From: Trichoplax sp. H2
Taxonomy: Eukaryota
NCBI GenBank assembly: GCA_003344405.1
Contig: NOWV01000128.1
Location: 1 to 64,000, forward strand
Length of the DNA stretch: 64,000 nt
Direction of reading: 5' to 3'
How positions within the stretch are numbered: the stretch's first letter is position 1; every line of letters begins with the position of its first letter. Below the pieces are notes generated by a model that did no database searches, had not been told where the DNA came from, and worked only from the letters and a program-made list of their open reading frames with translations. Both the position numbers and the translations under genes were made by a program. Positions 27,628 through 41,800 of this stretch are shown here, one piece after another.

Positions 27628-30600
27628 ATCTTTAGATCCATCAGATCAAACTTTACAGTCCTTTTGAAAATCACAACAGCAAAAATTGATGATATAGTAT
27701 AAGATTGAAAGAGTCTTGTCCTATTAGTAGACGAAAATCCAATCCGAATGGCTCTACTTGATAAATTATATAATTAGTTAAAATAACTGATCTTTATGGT
27801 AAGATACCCTGTACCTTGTGTTAATAATCTTTGATAAATGCTTACAAGTCCGTATATAAAAGTAAATGTGGATAGATTAAAAAATGCTAAATCATAATTT
27901 CTGTACTAATCCAATTAAATTATGAAATTGATACATGCAGTTGATTGTCGCTACTGGTTGCAAAGGTTGCTCTAATAATGCTACTAATTTTAGGATAATC
28001 TATTTCATTGGTACATTAGATTGATCGTACTTAATCTCATCATGTTTTAATCCAGTCTTAAGAGCGTTCAATTTTCACTAATTTATGGTGTTGTATGATT
28101 TATAATATTAATGGTATTACCCTCGTACTAATAGCTTGAATATCTTATAAATTTCAATAATTAATGTAAGTAATAGAAAGAAGATAGACCATTAATTAAC
28201 GAAATATGTTCACTCAGTTTCTGAAATGCAAGGAGGTAAATACTCAACACAACAGCTCCTATCTAAGGCTCCAATAATGCTCTTGCTTACAGAATTTATT
28301 GTTTGACCTAGGGCAATTCATGTTTATCCACAATGGGTATATCTATATTAACTTACGAGCTTCAATATTCTTTCTCACTAATTCTGTTGCTATCATTTAA
28401 AATTGATAATGAAAATTATTTGTGATTATCTCAAAGTGCATCCTTCATACGTGCTGTAGCATGGTACGGCATTATATATCATATTCTATACTTTCTATAC
28501 TTTTTTCTGAATAGGGCTTCATAAACATAGCATCAACGGTAAATATTCACTAATAAAGTATTTACTGTTATCCCATTCAGATTTTTTCAGTATGGCATGG
28601 CATTGCTAGATATTTAACATGGAAAGAAGGGAACAATAGTGTAAAAAATGAATGGGTAGACAGGAAGTAACTTTGTTCTTATTTACTTTATTGCTAGTAG
28701 TTAGCAATATTCAATCAAGAAATCGTGCTTTACTATAGGTGTGCTATTATGATGCTCTTTAGAATAAAGTTATCTAAAATTCGTAACTGTATTGATGAGG
28801 GTATTCAGAATTGATACATGTAGGACTAATACTGATGTATTTGAGTAAAAATTTATTGTGATATTATTCTCATTCGGCCTTACTGCGTAAAATTTTAAAT
28901 GTTTTCTCTCTCTACGTGGAAAAATTCTTTTTCAAGTGAATCTCAATAAACTGTATTAAAACTTATATAGATGCATAAATATGAGATCGAGCAACTTTTG
29001 ATAGGTCGTATTTTAATCTGTATCTAGTACGGTTATTATAATAGATATGACTCCAGTTTTTATAGTTTCTAATAGATTTTGGATCTAAATTTTTAGGAGG
29101 TAAATTATCCTTAACAGTTGCTGATATATTGAAACAAATTCCAATTTTTAGATAGTAGTACAGTTGTCGTTCTGATCCGATGACTTCATTTAAGTATCTT
29201 TATGTTTATTGGATTGAAATTAAAATCATAGTCTAGTCTCAAAATTTTAATGTTCATGGATTGATGTAAATATGTTATATTTTATAATATAATTGAATTT
29301 ATGCATTAACTTAAATAGATTTTTAACGCCTCATCATATAAAAAAGTGTAGAAATAAAGCATTAAAAGCCTCGAAGACTAGGTATCAATTCTCTTACATG
29401 TGCAAATTATGGTATTAACTAATATTCATCTTTTCTAGTAATTTTTCAAATATAAATATTTTCGAAAATAAAAATACGATAGCTATTAACAACAATAATA
29501 TATTTTAAGCAGATCCATAGCGCATAAAGCATAAACTGCCTAATTTTACCAATATTACTAAATAAGCAGTTTCGCTCAATAATACCTAAGCTGTGGAATA
29601 TTATTATGAATAGCGTATTTATTCTGGCATTAGATGCTGCAATGCAAACGAAATTGTTTCGATTTCTAGTTTGTAAAGCGATAGTAAAGGTGTAAATACT
29701 CCTAATCTATAAAATATCTGATACAGTAAAAAATTAGTGCAAATAATTAAAGGCCGTGCACACTTGCATTTCCTTGAATTTGCGCTACGTCAGAAAATAG
29801 TATCATAATTAATAACGAAGTTGCGAATTATGAGTTTTATTATTCCAATAAAGACCAATTCCTAAAATTTTGTAGAAAACTCGTACGAACATTATCTGAT
29901 GTTGTTTCTCTGACCTATCATTAAACTGACTATCAAAGCCAGAATTTATCCAGGGTCATTTACATGCTCATATTCAAAATTAAAGAATTGCTAGCAATTA
30001 TGGGTTGTTTTACTGCAACTATAACATTGATAAATATAGAGCAACAAAGAGTTGAGCTTACTGAAAATTTAAATAAATTCGCAATTTGATGAATGTAGCA
30101 ATCCTCAGGGGTTTATGAACATTATGCGCCTCCAAATTATAAGTAAACGATTCACTACTGAAATACTTTGAGGTGCCTAATAAGTATTTTCCACAAGATT
30201 ACTGTCAATTAAACATCCTAGAGATTTCATTTTAAAATCAAATATAATGTATTGATTGCAGTGATAGATTATAATGATGCTAAAAATATCTATAATATGT
30301 GTGTAGTTGTTTAACACGTCTAGATATCTGAATAAATAGGCTATATCTTATTTTTTTTATCTCCAGGAGATGCTGCCTTTTACGACAGCAATATACGGCT
30401 GCGAAAAGATTTTAGCATCAACCAGTATAGTAATCTTATTTTGGCTTTATATTGATTGACAACCTTTAGCTTTAGTTACTTACGGATAAATAACAATCGA
30501 ATGACGCTGATGGCTAAATAGCTACATGGTAAAAAATTGCTATTAGTGTTTAAAGTTTTGGCCGACTGGTTGTAAATAGATTGCAATAGATTTTAGGAAC

Positions 30601-32681
30601 ATTGTAATATCACATCATAGGGTAATTAGGTTTTATAAATGACTGTGTTGCTACGAATTGAAATACCCATCAATTAAATTAATTCATAAAACTGGAAGTA
30701 GTGACATATCTATAATTCACCATTTTAACTCAGTTAAGCGTGCTCTGGGGTAATCATCTAGAAGTTTTATAGCAAGAACTATTCACTACAAATAAAAAGT
30801 TTCACTTCAAGCAGATCTTTTTAAATTTGTATAGTTTGTGAGAATTGTGCAAAATCGCATGGTTTCTATGGCTCGATCAGGACTGTATTTAAATATCTCG
30901 GTGTTGCTGTTTTATTATTCTTTTTCAGTGTATGTGCATTTGAGTACTATTTGATAAATAAAAGATGCTTTGAAATATGTTTAAGAACAAATCATTCATT
31001 ACTCTGCATTTGCGTAAAGTCTAATAACGCACATTATCATAAAATGACATACATGATTCGATTTTTGAATGTGATTGCTTCGATTCAATTTTTAAAATAG
31101 TATCTCTATTTTTACTGTAGTATCATACCATGAAAGATTTACCTGATTGACTAATACTGTACTTAATTCAATTATATTCATTAATACTCTTTGCTCACAA
31201 TGAATAGTGAAGACCTATCTATTTATTTAAGATTTATAATCGAAAATGGTTTGTTTCCAGTTCCAATCTGCATAACAAGAGGTCATCTGATTTGATGCTA
31301 TTTTGATCATGGCCATATGTTGTATACAGCTATTATTGAAATATCAGCTAGATACTAGTCAAAACTTTTCATTTGTATTAACAATAAATAACTAGATGCA
31401 ATTACCTAGTGTATCAATGCTCCAGGCTAATTGTCTAAAAAAATCTCGCGAACAATAACCCTGAGTTGCCGTTATTATCTTAAGTTCTCGTCATCTCCTC
31501 CATTAAAACAATGGTCGTCTCTTGCCTTTTGTACTACAATCTTTAGGCCTACATAATAGAATGATGCTTAATAAATTGGGAGGTAGTGTTGCATACTCAC
31601 GTTATATCATCGACGTTGAAATTTACATGTATAGACCGTAGTCTACAATTGGTGTCTCGAAATTTTCTTAATTCGCGACTGCTTTGCGGCGAGTAGATAT
31701 ACTACACAATCCCATTTCTTGTAGCCAATTCTACTTATTGCACATACATACATTCTATTGCGTTGAGTAAAAATCAGCAGCGGACAGGCAGTTACGTGTT
31801 TTGGTAATTTATTCACATGATTGCTAACCTCGCAGTAGCTTATATACGTAATTCTGGTCACTTATCGCTATCATTTTCAGTTTGAAAACCTTTTAGGAAA
31901 GATACTGTAGTCATAAAGATAGACAAATGTATAGCATGGTTTAGATAATGGGTATACTTAACAAATTAGATTTTAATAGTAAATTAATAGAAAATTAAGC
32001 AAACTATTTACTAGATAGTGTTAATGTAGCTGCGTAATGATATTGTATGAGGCGTTTAACGGTAGTGTTGTTGTAATTGTTGCAGTATAGAATTTATAGT
32101 ACTGTATAAAGTAATGGTGACTGAAAAAAGTAGTAGGTTAATGGAGTCATTAAAGATAGTGATACTTGCTAGCAAGTGCGATTAATTGGCTTTATTTAAC
32201 TTCCAGATAAATTAATTTCCCATTTGTAAAAAGCTACAATGTGATCGATAGAAAAGGAAAAATTTTAAGTAAAAATTATGAAATCATGATTACATTAAAC
32301 AGACCAAAGTAAAACGGAATCATACACAATTTCAATACACATCCTAAAAATAGTAGGCAGGTTGGATATATAATATTTTCCTAAATTAGCTAAAGTACAG
32401 GAGTTAGACACAGACTGTACAAATTTTGTACGGCTGCGATTAACGGCTGCAGAAAGACAAATTAATTAATCAGCATTAAAATGAGACGTCAGACCACGAA
32501 TCATATTCCTAATACCCTCTTCAGAGTTGATTGGTACATAAAAAAAGGCCATTTGAAATTTAAAGAAATCCCATTAGACTGATTACAATTACATTACAGA
32601 TTTTGGAAAGAAAGGTTTAACTCTACGTAACAGCCTATTAGTTAACATTTAGTAAGGTTAGTATATATAGCATTGCTACAA

Positions 32682-35600
32682 TTAGATAGATTGTAGTTCA
32701 GCCATGGCATTAGCTAATTCTTCTTCAGCTTTTTTCAAATTTTCTTTTTCCTCTTGTAGTTCATCTACAATTAAAATTATACGGACATTAACTCCTGCAA
32801 ATGCAACTACGGTACTATCACTGGTAGCCAGGAAACAGTGTTCCATTTGCACTAAAATACGTTATATCCTATCTTCATGACATTAAGCCATGTAACTATA
32901 CATTATGTACATGAACTCTTGCATTACCTTCACGCTCATCTAAAGTCTTTTCAAGTTGTGTTACTGAATCTTCGGCATCACGTACTTCCTGTTCAGCCTA
33001 AAATAAATTATTTCCAATCAATAAATTACTAAAAAGAGTCCATTTAAGTAAAAGAATGATGCAATGGTTGACAAGCTATACCTCAGCACATTTTTCCTCC
33101 ATCTCTGCTAATTTAGCTTTAGCCACTTCTTCTCGTTCTTGAGCCTAGGAAATGTTTATAGTTAATACTAGATTCCTTTAAAAACTTGCTAAAAAATAAG
33201 TGATTCATTTTATCCTGAAATAGATATCGAAACTCGTCAGGATAGCTTGAAATTGAACAAGTCGCAGGCACAACTTCCATACATACCTTCATCATGCTGA
33301 CTTCCATGCTCTTCTTATTATTTGTCGTTAAAATGAGATCGTTTTCCAGCTGCGTCGCGCGCCTGCATTAGTTCGATTAATTAACGAGAGATTAGTGATC
33401 AGAATCGTTGGAAATATAATCCAAAAAAGGACGTACGCTTCTGCCGTATCAGCTTTTTCTTCTTCTTCTTCCAGTTCTTTTTCTAATTCTTCCAATTTCT
33501 CGGAAATCTAAAAAGTATGTTCATGTCAATACGTATTTGCCGAACCTTTACTATTCTATTATAGAGGGCGAAACACAGACTATATACTATTCCGTTCGAT
33601 GTCATATTAAACAACCTCTTTATATTTGGTTTCTGCTTCTTCTCGAGCAGCAAGTGTTTCGTTCAATTGTCGCTCCAGTTCCTCCAACTGATGTATCATA
33701 AATAAACAGTAGTAACGACAGAATTAAATTAATCATAATATAATTATTAAAGTATAGAAGACTACCGCTAAATTACATTTGGTGTTTGCTATAATGTTAC
33801 CTTAGTATTGCTTGTGTTAGTTCTACTTTCTAGAACAGCTCGTGCCCTATCAGTTGATATAGATTACAATAGCCATGCATGAATCATAAAAATAAAATAA
33901 ATCGTTCCATTTCTACGAAATTTTTAACACCAGCATTGCGTGCTGAGATATATAAATAATGTTACAATTTCATACCTTTCATGTTCATCTGTTTTAGTTT
34001 CTGCCTCTAGCAGAGATTTAAGGGTTTCTGCCAGCTTACTTTCACGATCATCTAATTGTTGTTCTGTTTCTTCAATCTCCTTATTCAATTCATCAATTTT
34101 TTCTTTAACCTATAATCGCACATCAAAATTAATGTACTTGTTGTATAAGTATCAGCGATACGAAAAACTGATGTTGGCGGTATGGTTCTGGATAGAAATT
34201 ATTAACGAAAACGATAATGGCATATTACTACAGCGTTAGTCTAGGAGTTACTAGCGATCGCAAGTGAAGTTAGAATTGGAGGAACTACGTCAATGGGTGG
34301 ATTTTTAACAGTAATCACTTTTCAGTAAATTGTCAAAGTCTTGTTTATTAGTCTTCGGTTTAAAGGGCTGTATTTCAATTTGAAGAAATGATTTCAAAAT
34401 GATGCTGCCGATGTTAATCGTATGTTGTTTACTCTTGAATGTTAACTAACAATTCTATAATTTGTTCTCCGATATATTTTTATTCACCTTCCGTAATCAC
34501 TATGGAATATACTACATATCAAATTTAAAAACCTTCATTCATGCATCCCGTAGGTAAGATCCGGTGTTTGAATTAGATACGATTTCATTATTGTTAATAA
34601 ACAATATAACACCAACCGCTACGCCTGGGTGCCATGCGTATCATTATGAATCTCCCCAAATTTGTTTGAAAGTATATTTCTATAATAGTGGTTCAAGTTT
34701 TACTCTTCTCAGGAGGCCGTTTTCTAGGAAGCATCGCGTACATTAATTACTGGCACTTGCGGCTTTGTTAAAAGGAACCAGTATAATTCCCCCCAAAGTC
34801 ATGATGTACACGTAACAGCATATAGTACCATTGCAATTTGGTGCGAGCTCAAGCTTTATTTTAAATAGAGCGTAATAATAGCTGTAGCTTTTCATCTTCT
34901 CTTTTCATAGCTAAGTAGTGAATATTTTGTTATTTTGTAAAGCATTGTAGATCATAGTTTTAAGTACAGTATTATATATTATTCAAGCGTGTACGCCGAG
35001 TCAATTTTTTGACAACTTTATAAAGTTCTGATAAGTACAGTTTGCAGAAGTTGAAGTAAAAATAAAGTACACGTCAAAAGCTTCTCATTTCAATTCATAT
35101 TAAATCATAGCATTCTACTTGAAGGTTAGTCATTGTACATTCGAAATCGAAGTAAAACAGGTATGCGAATGTCCAATAGCACTGATTAATACCTTAAAAT
35201 AAAATAAATACCGATTCGCTTGTTTCAACACACTTATCCATTCGAACTCGAGATGTATTGTTCAACTGGCCGTTCAAATATTGTATCATGAAATTGCTTC
35301 AATTTCGTTCACTTTAATGGGCAAGAGTTAATAGTATTTCAAATCAATACTACTGTGCCATGTAATTCCATGTTCAAGGGCACTATGCATGGCAATATCA
35401 GGAAACTGCGGTACACGGTCTATAAATTAAATCCTTTAGGATGAGCAAAAGTTTGATGTAGGGTTTCTCATCGCCTTTAGAATAGCTTTGAATTGTATAG
35501 TATTAGACCACCACGTCAGTTATAAAAGTGGTACGATTTTTGAAATTAAGTAGGGCGGTCAAAGCTGATACCTTTCAATATAGAATAACATGAGATTTGG

Positions 35601-37843
35601 GCTTTTTTAAACTAAGAATCGACCCTAAATATCGGTATTTCTATGGATATTCCATACATTGGCAATTACACGATTGCATAACGTAAGATAAAAAGATAAA
35701 ACTTGCAACAGGCTAGTCCATTGAAGTCATCCGTCGAATGAATAAGTGCAAAGGTAAAAACTACAAGTCAATGCGCCGTGATTCATAGTCAACTGATGGA
35801 AAAAATAGTATATCAAGTTAATCCATTAATGAACTCATATTTAATTGACTTTATTCTGCTTCTATAGTATTCATTCAATGAATTAATAAGTAAAATTCGA
35901 TTTTAATCAAGACACCGCTCACTGTATTAAGTTATTTCGTAGTAGGTGTGGAAGTAGAATTTCCACTACTACTCTCAGTGCGGCACCATCTTGCAAGTCA
36001 AAAGTGTAGTGCTGCAGATGTAGAGACTCTAATGTACATATTTACTATTCAAGGGTATCTGCTATTTGTATAGTGACTCATACACTGGATGTCAGAAGAA
36101 GTCCAGTATCTCGATCACGTAACCATTCGTGTCTAAACGACTGCCACAAAATTAGACTATCGTGCTATGCCGAAATCGGCAATAACACACCGCGAATGAC
36201 CACCATTGACTAATATCGATGATCACCATGTGCATTTTAACTGTTTTATGGCTAATTGAATAGTGCAAAGACTGAGTACATATCATTGATAAAATGTTAG
36301 AATTAATCCGTACTGTCTGTTGCAAATTGGACAGTAGTATGTTATCCACGCATCGTCGTGAATCACAGGAGTACGCTTAGGAAGATACGAGGAAAATTTG
36401 GAGAAGACCGTCGAGTTCATTTTCTCCATCATTCACTGTTGTAGAAACTGCTGACTGAATTTAACCTTAGCTCGATTATACAATTGATCAAGCGAAGAAG
36501 ACTTTGAAATGACATTTCTACTTCTTTTGCCCTTGACGATAGGCAACGGTTTATCGTGGATAGTATGCCTTCTTCAAGCACTCTACTCTTTGATTGTTAA
36601 TTTGTTAAATATGGAATTTTGATTAGGCTAGATAAGATTAAAGAATCAGTAATGGATATTATTCTTAATTGACGGAGGAATTTGGATTGTCGAGTACAGC
36701 ATAGTAATCCTATTCTAGCTTATAGGATCGATTGCTGGATTTTACGCATGTGTTGTACTTTTCAATCAGTGATGACTAAAAAATGATACACCGTTTGTAA
36801 TATTGGATGCGATTTTGAACAGTTGATGGTAAAATGTAAAGGAAGTATTTTGACTGTAAGTAGTCGTCATGATTGAGCAAGGCGTTGGGTGCACTGCATG
36901 TGTTCAAACGAATACTAATTAATGAATCATCATCCTTTACGACTCAACTTGAGTTGGTTAAGAAATGAGTGGCAATGTAGCGCATCATGGAGTTTAGGCT
37001 AAGCTACTATTCAAAGGCGTTAGGCTATCCGTGACGAGTTGAAGACAAGCTCTTACAGATTGAGCGAACAGCTCTACAAGGTGTAAGAAGAGAACAAAGG
37101 CAGCTTCTGTTTATTCGAGTAATCAAGGACTTGTACTAAGCAGGATGGAAGAGATAGGAGAGTACGGCATTAGCGTCGATTGCTAAAGAAGTTGCTCACC
37201 CGTATGACTTAATAAAATAAGTTTATTTTTTGACATGTTGGCAGCAAGACGGATAGAATTTTGGATGGGTCAGTTTAGTGGAGAAGGGTTTGACTTGCAT
37301 GCTATCGACGTGTAAAGTAAAACTGGGCCAAAAGCAAGAATTGGAAAAAACAAAGAAGAAATGTTGATGACTGTCAATACACTGTAAATGGAAGGGCAAT
37401 GAAAGTCTTTTGACTACTCTGCAACGGCAACATAAGAGAGTTGTCGGTTGGAAGTGATAGACGATAGTGAAATGGATTGGAGAAAAACAATTTATGACTG
37501 CATGGAGTCGATGGTACAGTAAGGACTTTGAAATGGCGGAGAAGGACACGCCTGATGAGAAAAATCAATTCAAAGCGTTGGTAGGATATAAGAAAGGATA
37601 TTGAATTTTATCCATGCTGCAGGTGCCAGTTTGGATTGAAAGCTTTGTACAACAAGGCAGCAACAAGGATAGTCAAGGGTATTTTATGAAGCTATACTAG
37701 TGGATTTTAGCGGAGATAAACTAGTTTACCTCTTCCTCTCGTTGCACAGTGTCCCTCAATTGGTCTTCACACTGTTCAGCTCGCTGCAAGGCATCTTCCG
37801 CCTCTTTTCGCAAGCCTGCCATCTTCTTTTTCACAGCTTCCAT
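32682..37843 (-). CDS. TPM: Tropomyosin, 9 coding exons, 242 aa
   Basis: Exons 37843-37730, 34109-33976, 33846-33801, 33687-33616, 33507-33437, 33362-33287, 33144-33082, 32997-32928, 32764-32682 (729 nt), all GT-AG and in phase. Starts MEAVKKKMAGLRKEAEDALQRAEQ (tropomyosin MxAxKKKM motif), is acidic coiled coil throughout, and ends ELANAMAELQSI*. Confidence 0.93.
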
Positions 37844-37949
37844 TTTGTACTTGTTTTGGATTGTATTTTCAACTAGGATTGCTTGAAAAATTGACAAAAT
37901 TCACTGCAGTCAAAGTGGAAAGATTCAATTTTTCCAAGGTAAAATGCAA

Positions 37950-38950
37950 TCGTCCAATGTCAAGTTGGCCAAGAATGGAGATGGGAAGATCTTTGAGGAA
38001 TGTGTGACTGGGTGACCTGACCCAACGTCTGACTTGGAAAGCAGACGACGCTACCTACAAGCAACGACCTACTGGGTGTCACTCGGGGCGTTTCAACCGT
38101 CATGGATTGTTTTGACATGCAACTGCACAAGTGCACATGCCAGCAGTCCACTGCCGCCTCCAGCGCTGTTGTTTCAGTCCTAACACAGAGAATACACTGC
38201 AGTCGGAGTAGTATGAAAGCGGAAGGCGCTGCCGGCCTTTGTGTCTGTGTGCGATCGACAGGACGTTGGTGCGTGTATCGTACCCTCTCCGCTTCACTCG
38301 ACAGCACCTCATTGAAGATGAGTGCTGACACTATTTGTTATGTTCACGCGTCGTCAATGACGCACATCGAGGACGTTTCTCGCCGCTGGAAGCTCAATGT
38401 GCAGCAGAGTAGAGTACATAGTAGGGTAGAGTGTACAGTGTATTGTACTGTACACCACCGGACTGTATCGTGCAGTGAAAGCCATCTACAGTACAGTACA
38501 CTAGTACGGTACTGTCCCCGGGCTTCAATCGACTCATCGTTGCTTTGTCATGTCAGTACACCAGTGTACGGTTCAAGTGCACGTACTGTAGGGTCACTTT
38601 GTCCCTGGTCGTGTCAGATAATACTGTACACCGTACACTAGGACAGCATACCTCAATCGCCACATGATCTGCACAAAAGATGTCACCCGTGGCGATTCAG
38701 CTACACTACGCCAAACGCTCACCACGTGTACTACACCCACTTCAGTGTTCGACAGGTGTACGTACAGTACGGTACTGTCAACCGTCCGCAGACGATTGTT
38801 GTGCAAACTGCCAATACACTACTCTACTGTATGGTGACGCAGTAACGATTCACACACGTCCACCACGGTAAGCGTGTCTGCGCGATAGCACTGACTGTGA
38901 TTTCATCTTCACTCAATGACTGAGTTGGTCATCAGATTGACCTGGAAAAG
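37950..38950. promoter_or_regulatory. GC-elevated upstream/promoter region of tropomyosin with clustered ACTGTAC/GTACAGT
   Basis: Clear rise in GC just upstream of the ATG exon. Motif at 38433, 38447, 38491, 38623, 38762. The overlapping ORFs here have no recognisable protein. Confidence 0.5.
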
Positions 38951-41800
38951 CGGTAATGGCTATGCTTACCGCTTGTAAAACCAAAAACTGATTGCAGGGA
39001 AATTCTTCAATATCCTTGATATACTCATTGGATCAACATGGATATCCAAGCTTATTCATTATAAAAATAAAAATGTCACCAATAGCAAATTCAATACCGT
39101 CATAAAGCTCGTAACGCTCGCTCGTTCAACTCCTTGCAAATGATGTTGCAAGGAATAAATCGTTCTTCCAATTTCTTTCCAACTGTGTACTACCATGGAC
39201 TCCTAGAAGAAGTCGTGGGCTTCACAGTTTCAACAACTGCGCCACCCAATGATAATAACATCAATCAAATAGGATCACAATTCTTCCTCACACCAAAAAT
39301 TCGGGGTGCAGTACAGTACACTGCACAGCGGGCCAGCAAATGGTCCAAACATTATTGCATAAAGTCGATCAAATTGAATAATTCATATTTTCAGTTAATT
39401 TGTAATGGATACGATCATCTGACTTTCCCACGTTAACCAAATTAGAGTCAGCGAATATTCCCTGACAGTGCAAATGTCCCTCAATGAAGCATCCCTATAA
39501 AGTAGGCTTCCAATTTGCTTGCTATAATGAAAGCAACCATCACAAGATAGGAATATTCATTCCAGTTTTAATAAGGGTTCATTTTTACTGTCAGGGTTGA
39601 TAGTCAATGAATCACGTTGTCCCACTGGCTACTCTATAGCGTGTATTAGAATCAGCTCATATATTCAATAGTCAAAATACGATAAAGCTGTCAATATCGT
39701 ACAATTAACCGAGAATGGCTGTATATCTACTAAGACTACACAAGGGTAATATGAATTTTATATATCTACGGAAATACTCCATCCATGGATGCCGATACAC
39801 GTACAATCTGGACAAAACTGATAACAAGAAAGAGAGATTGACGACCAACTTAATTGCACGCTGTTGACAACCATTAAGTAACAAAATAGGCTACAGAATA
39901 GGGAACAGTGTCTGCAAGAAGTTCTCCAGCAAATGTAAAGACAGCGCATTAGCAAAGCATAGAACCTTATTAAGACTTGTACATGCGAACTAATAAAATA
40001 GGACAGCAACGCTCATATTTAGAATCGATCATGGAATATTCTAGAACTTATTAGTAGTTATTACCACATAGACATACAATGAGTATTCTACAAGGTTCTA
40101 CATGCATACGAGGCTCAAATACTTGCGCATCTAAGACTGAGCCTTACGAAATCGCTCTACTAATACGATGGCAGTTGCCAATTTAAGCATACTGTATTTC
40201 GACTTTAAATACCATAATGGAACTTATAATTCAATCAATTATGGTGATCATTGCCATTGCTATTGACACAAAATCATAATTCAACATTTGCAAATCAACT
40301 CATTTAGTCCTTCTCTTGACACTGTAGTATTGAAAAACTGGGATTACACCATGATTATAAAGCAAAGTGTACGCGTCATTGGCAATACTGAAATATAAAA
40401 AATGAATAGCGATTAAATGGCGTGGCGTCATTATTTGCGTTCATAATTTTGAATCATCAACTAATAAATATTGGATAACGAAATAAAACTTGATATTAAG
40501 TAGGAAGAGTTAGAATGTATCCACCATTACAATTGTATCGCCTGTTGTTACAGGGATAATAAATAAAATTGCTGACATTTCTCTTTTCATTTTTTGATAC
40601 TTGCATTTACAAGAGGAACATACGAGTATGCTATACTGAGCGCCAGAAATACAACTTTTCTGCTAGACTTAAAGAACCTACAAATAGAAAATGACTATAC
40701 CTACGCCATGTTTCCTATTATTCAACTTTCCATTAGTATACCTGAAATGGACCAGCTGTCAAAATGTGCAACAAGGATATATTTCATAAATGCGCTATAT
40801 AGTCCCTTTACATACATCAACCACGATCCGAGTCAATCAACAACATTTTTCAATTGAATAATTGGCTCCTCAGTTTTAAGGCAAGTTATAAAGTAAGAAC
40901 TAAGACTTTCTCTTAAGGCTAATGAATCCTAAATGAATAAGACTTGGTCAGAAATGCTTCTGTCTTTCTATTAAAATGTCAGCTTTAAATTTAAATCACA
41001 CACATATACGAGAGGTACTGTGCTCTAAAATAGAGAAAGAACTAAAATCGATGCAGCTTTCTAACAAAGGAATTAGAATTACTACTACAGTATTTACGAT
41101 TTGTTGAGCTAATGGTAGCTAGTTAAAACACCACTAATCATTTAATTAATGAATCACCTTAGCAATGATGTTATTAGTATGTTTTGACAACGGATTTTCA
41201 TATTAATAATATATTACGTAAGCGTGATTGATGCATAACAATGATCCCATAGTCTCTTTATTTGTTACTAAAATGTTTAGTGATCTAGAATAATGCAACC
41301 AGTCAGCTATTTAGGATAAATCAATTTTACATACGTACAGTAGATTAACTTTTCATAACATTGCTATAAAATTGAATTCCAATTAAAAGAATTCTATTTC
41401 TAAAGCAGTCATAACGAGCTTATATTACTGATACTGCATATAAATAGATAATGGGCCAACAATAAAAGAAAAACTCCATTTAAACTTTATTAAGCTATTT
41501 TAACTAAAAGAATTTAGCTTTAAAAATTCAGTTGAATTTTGTTACTTCGTAGAAAATTATCAGCATTTTATTCTCACCATTACTTCCGCAATTAGGAAAA
41601 ATTGATTACATAACATATAGTATTACTATTATAGGCTACAGTTAAAGTCCAAACCGCGTACGGCATGGTTAACCATCAACCGCTGAATTCAATTATCAGG
41701 AAAGATATATGCAACCGTTACTTTGTATAACAAGCTTAGACGCTGGGTATAACGAATCAGCAATCATCGCTTTCAATTTTATTGATCTGCATACACAATC

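Larger units (their letters stand above)
9950..31630 (+). repeat. Old tandem segmental duplication carrying the GPCR: copy A ~9950-19200, copy B ~21420-31630
   Basis: Colinear diverged non-coding matches, e.g. 9965 GAAATTGCTCTCATGAAGA / 21427 GAAATTGCTTCCATGAAGA; ~11070 ATGCCAAATTTTGAT / ~21962; ~13988 GAAATGATACTTAATCTTCAATT / ~26069; ~16686 GCTCTTTAGAATAAAGTTATCT / ~28754; ~19015 AATAACCC.GAGTT.CCGTTATTA / ~31454. Boundaries are approximate. Confidence 0.85.

Noticed and set aside
33940-34239. Ser/Leu-rich plus-strand ORF
   Set aside because: Antisense shadow of a Glu/Lys-rich tropomyosin exon. The ORFs at 57001, 60167, 46810 and 48267 are likewise antisense to real exons or introns.
37960-38871. 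Several overlapping ORFs (up to 179 aa) upstream of tropomyosin
   Set aside because: No recognisable protein features. They are explained by locally high GC in a motif-rich promoter region.
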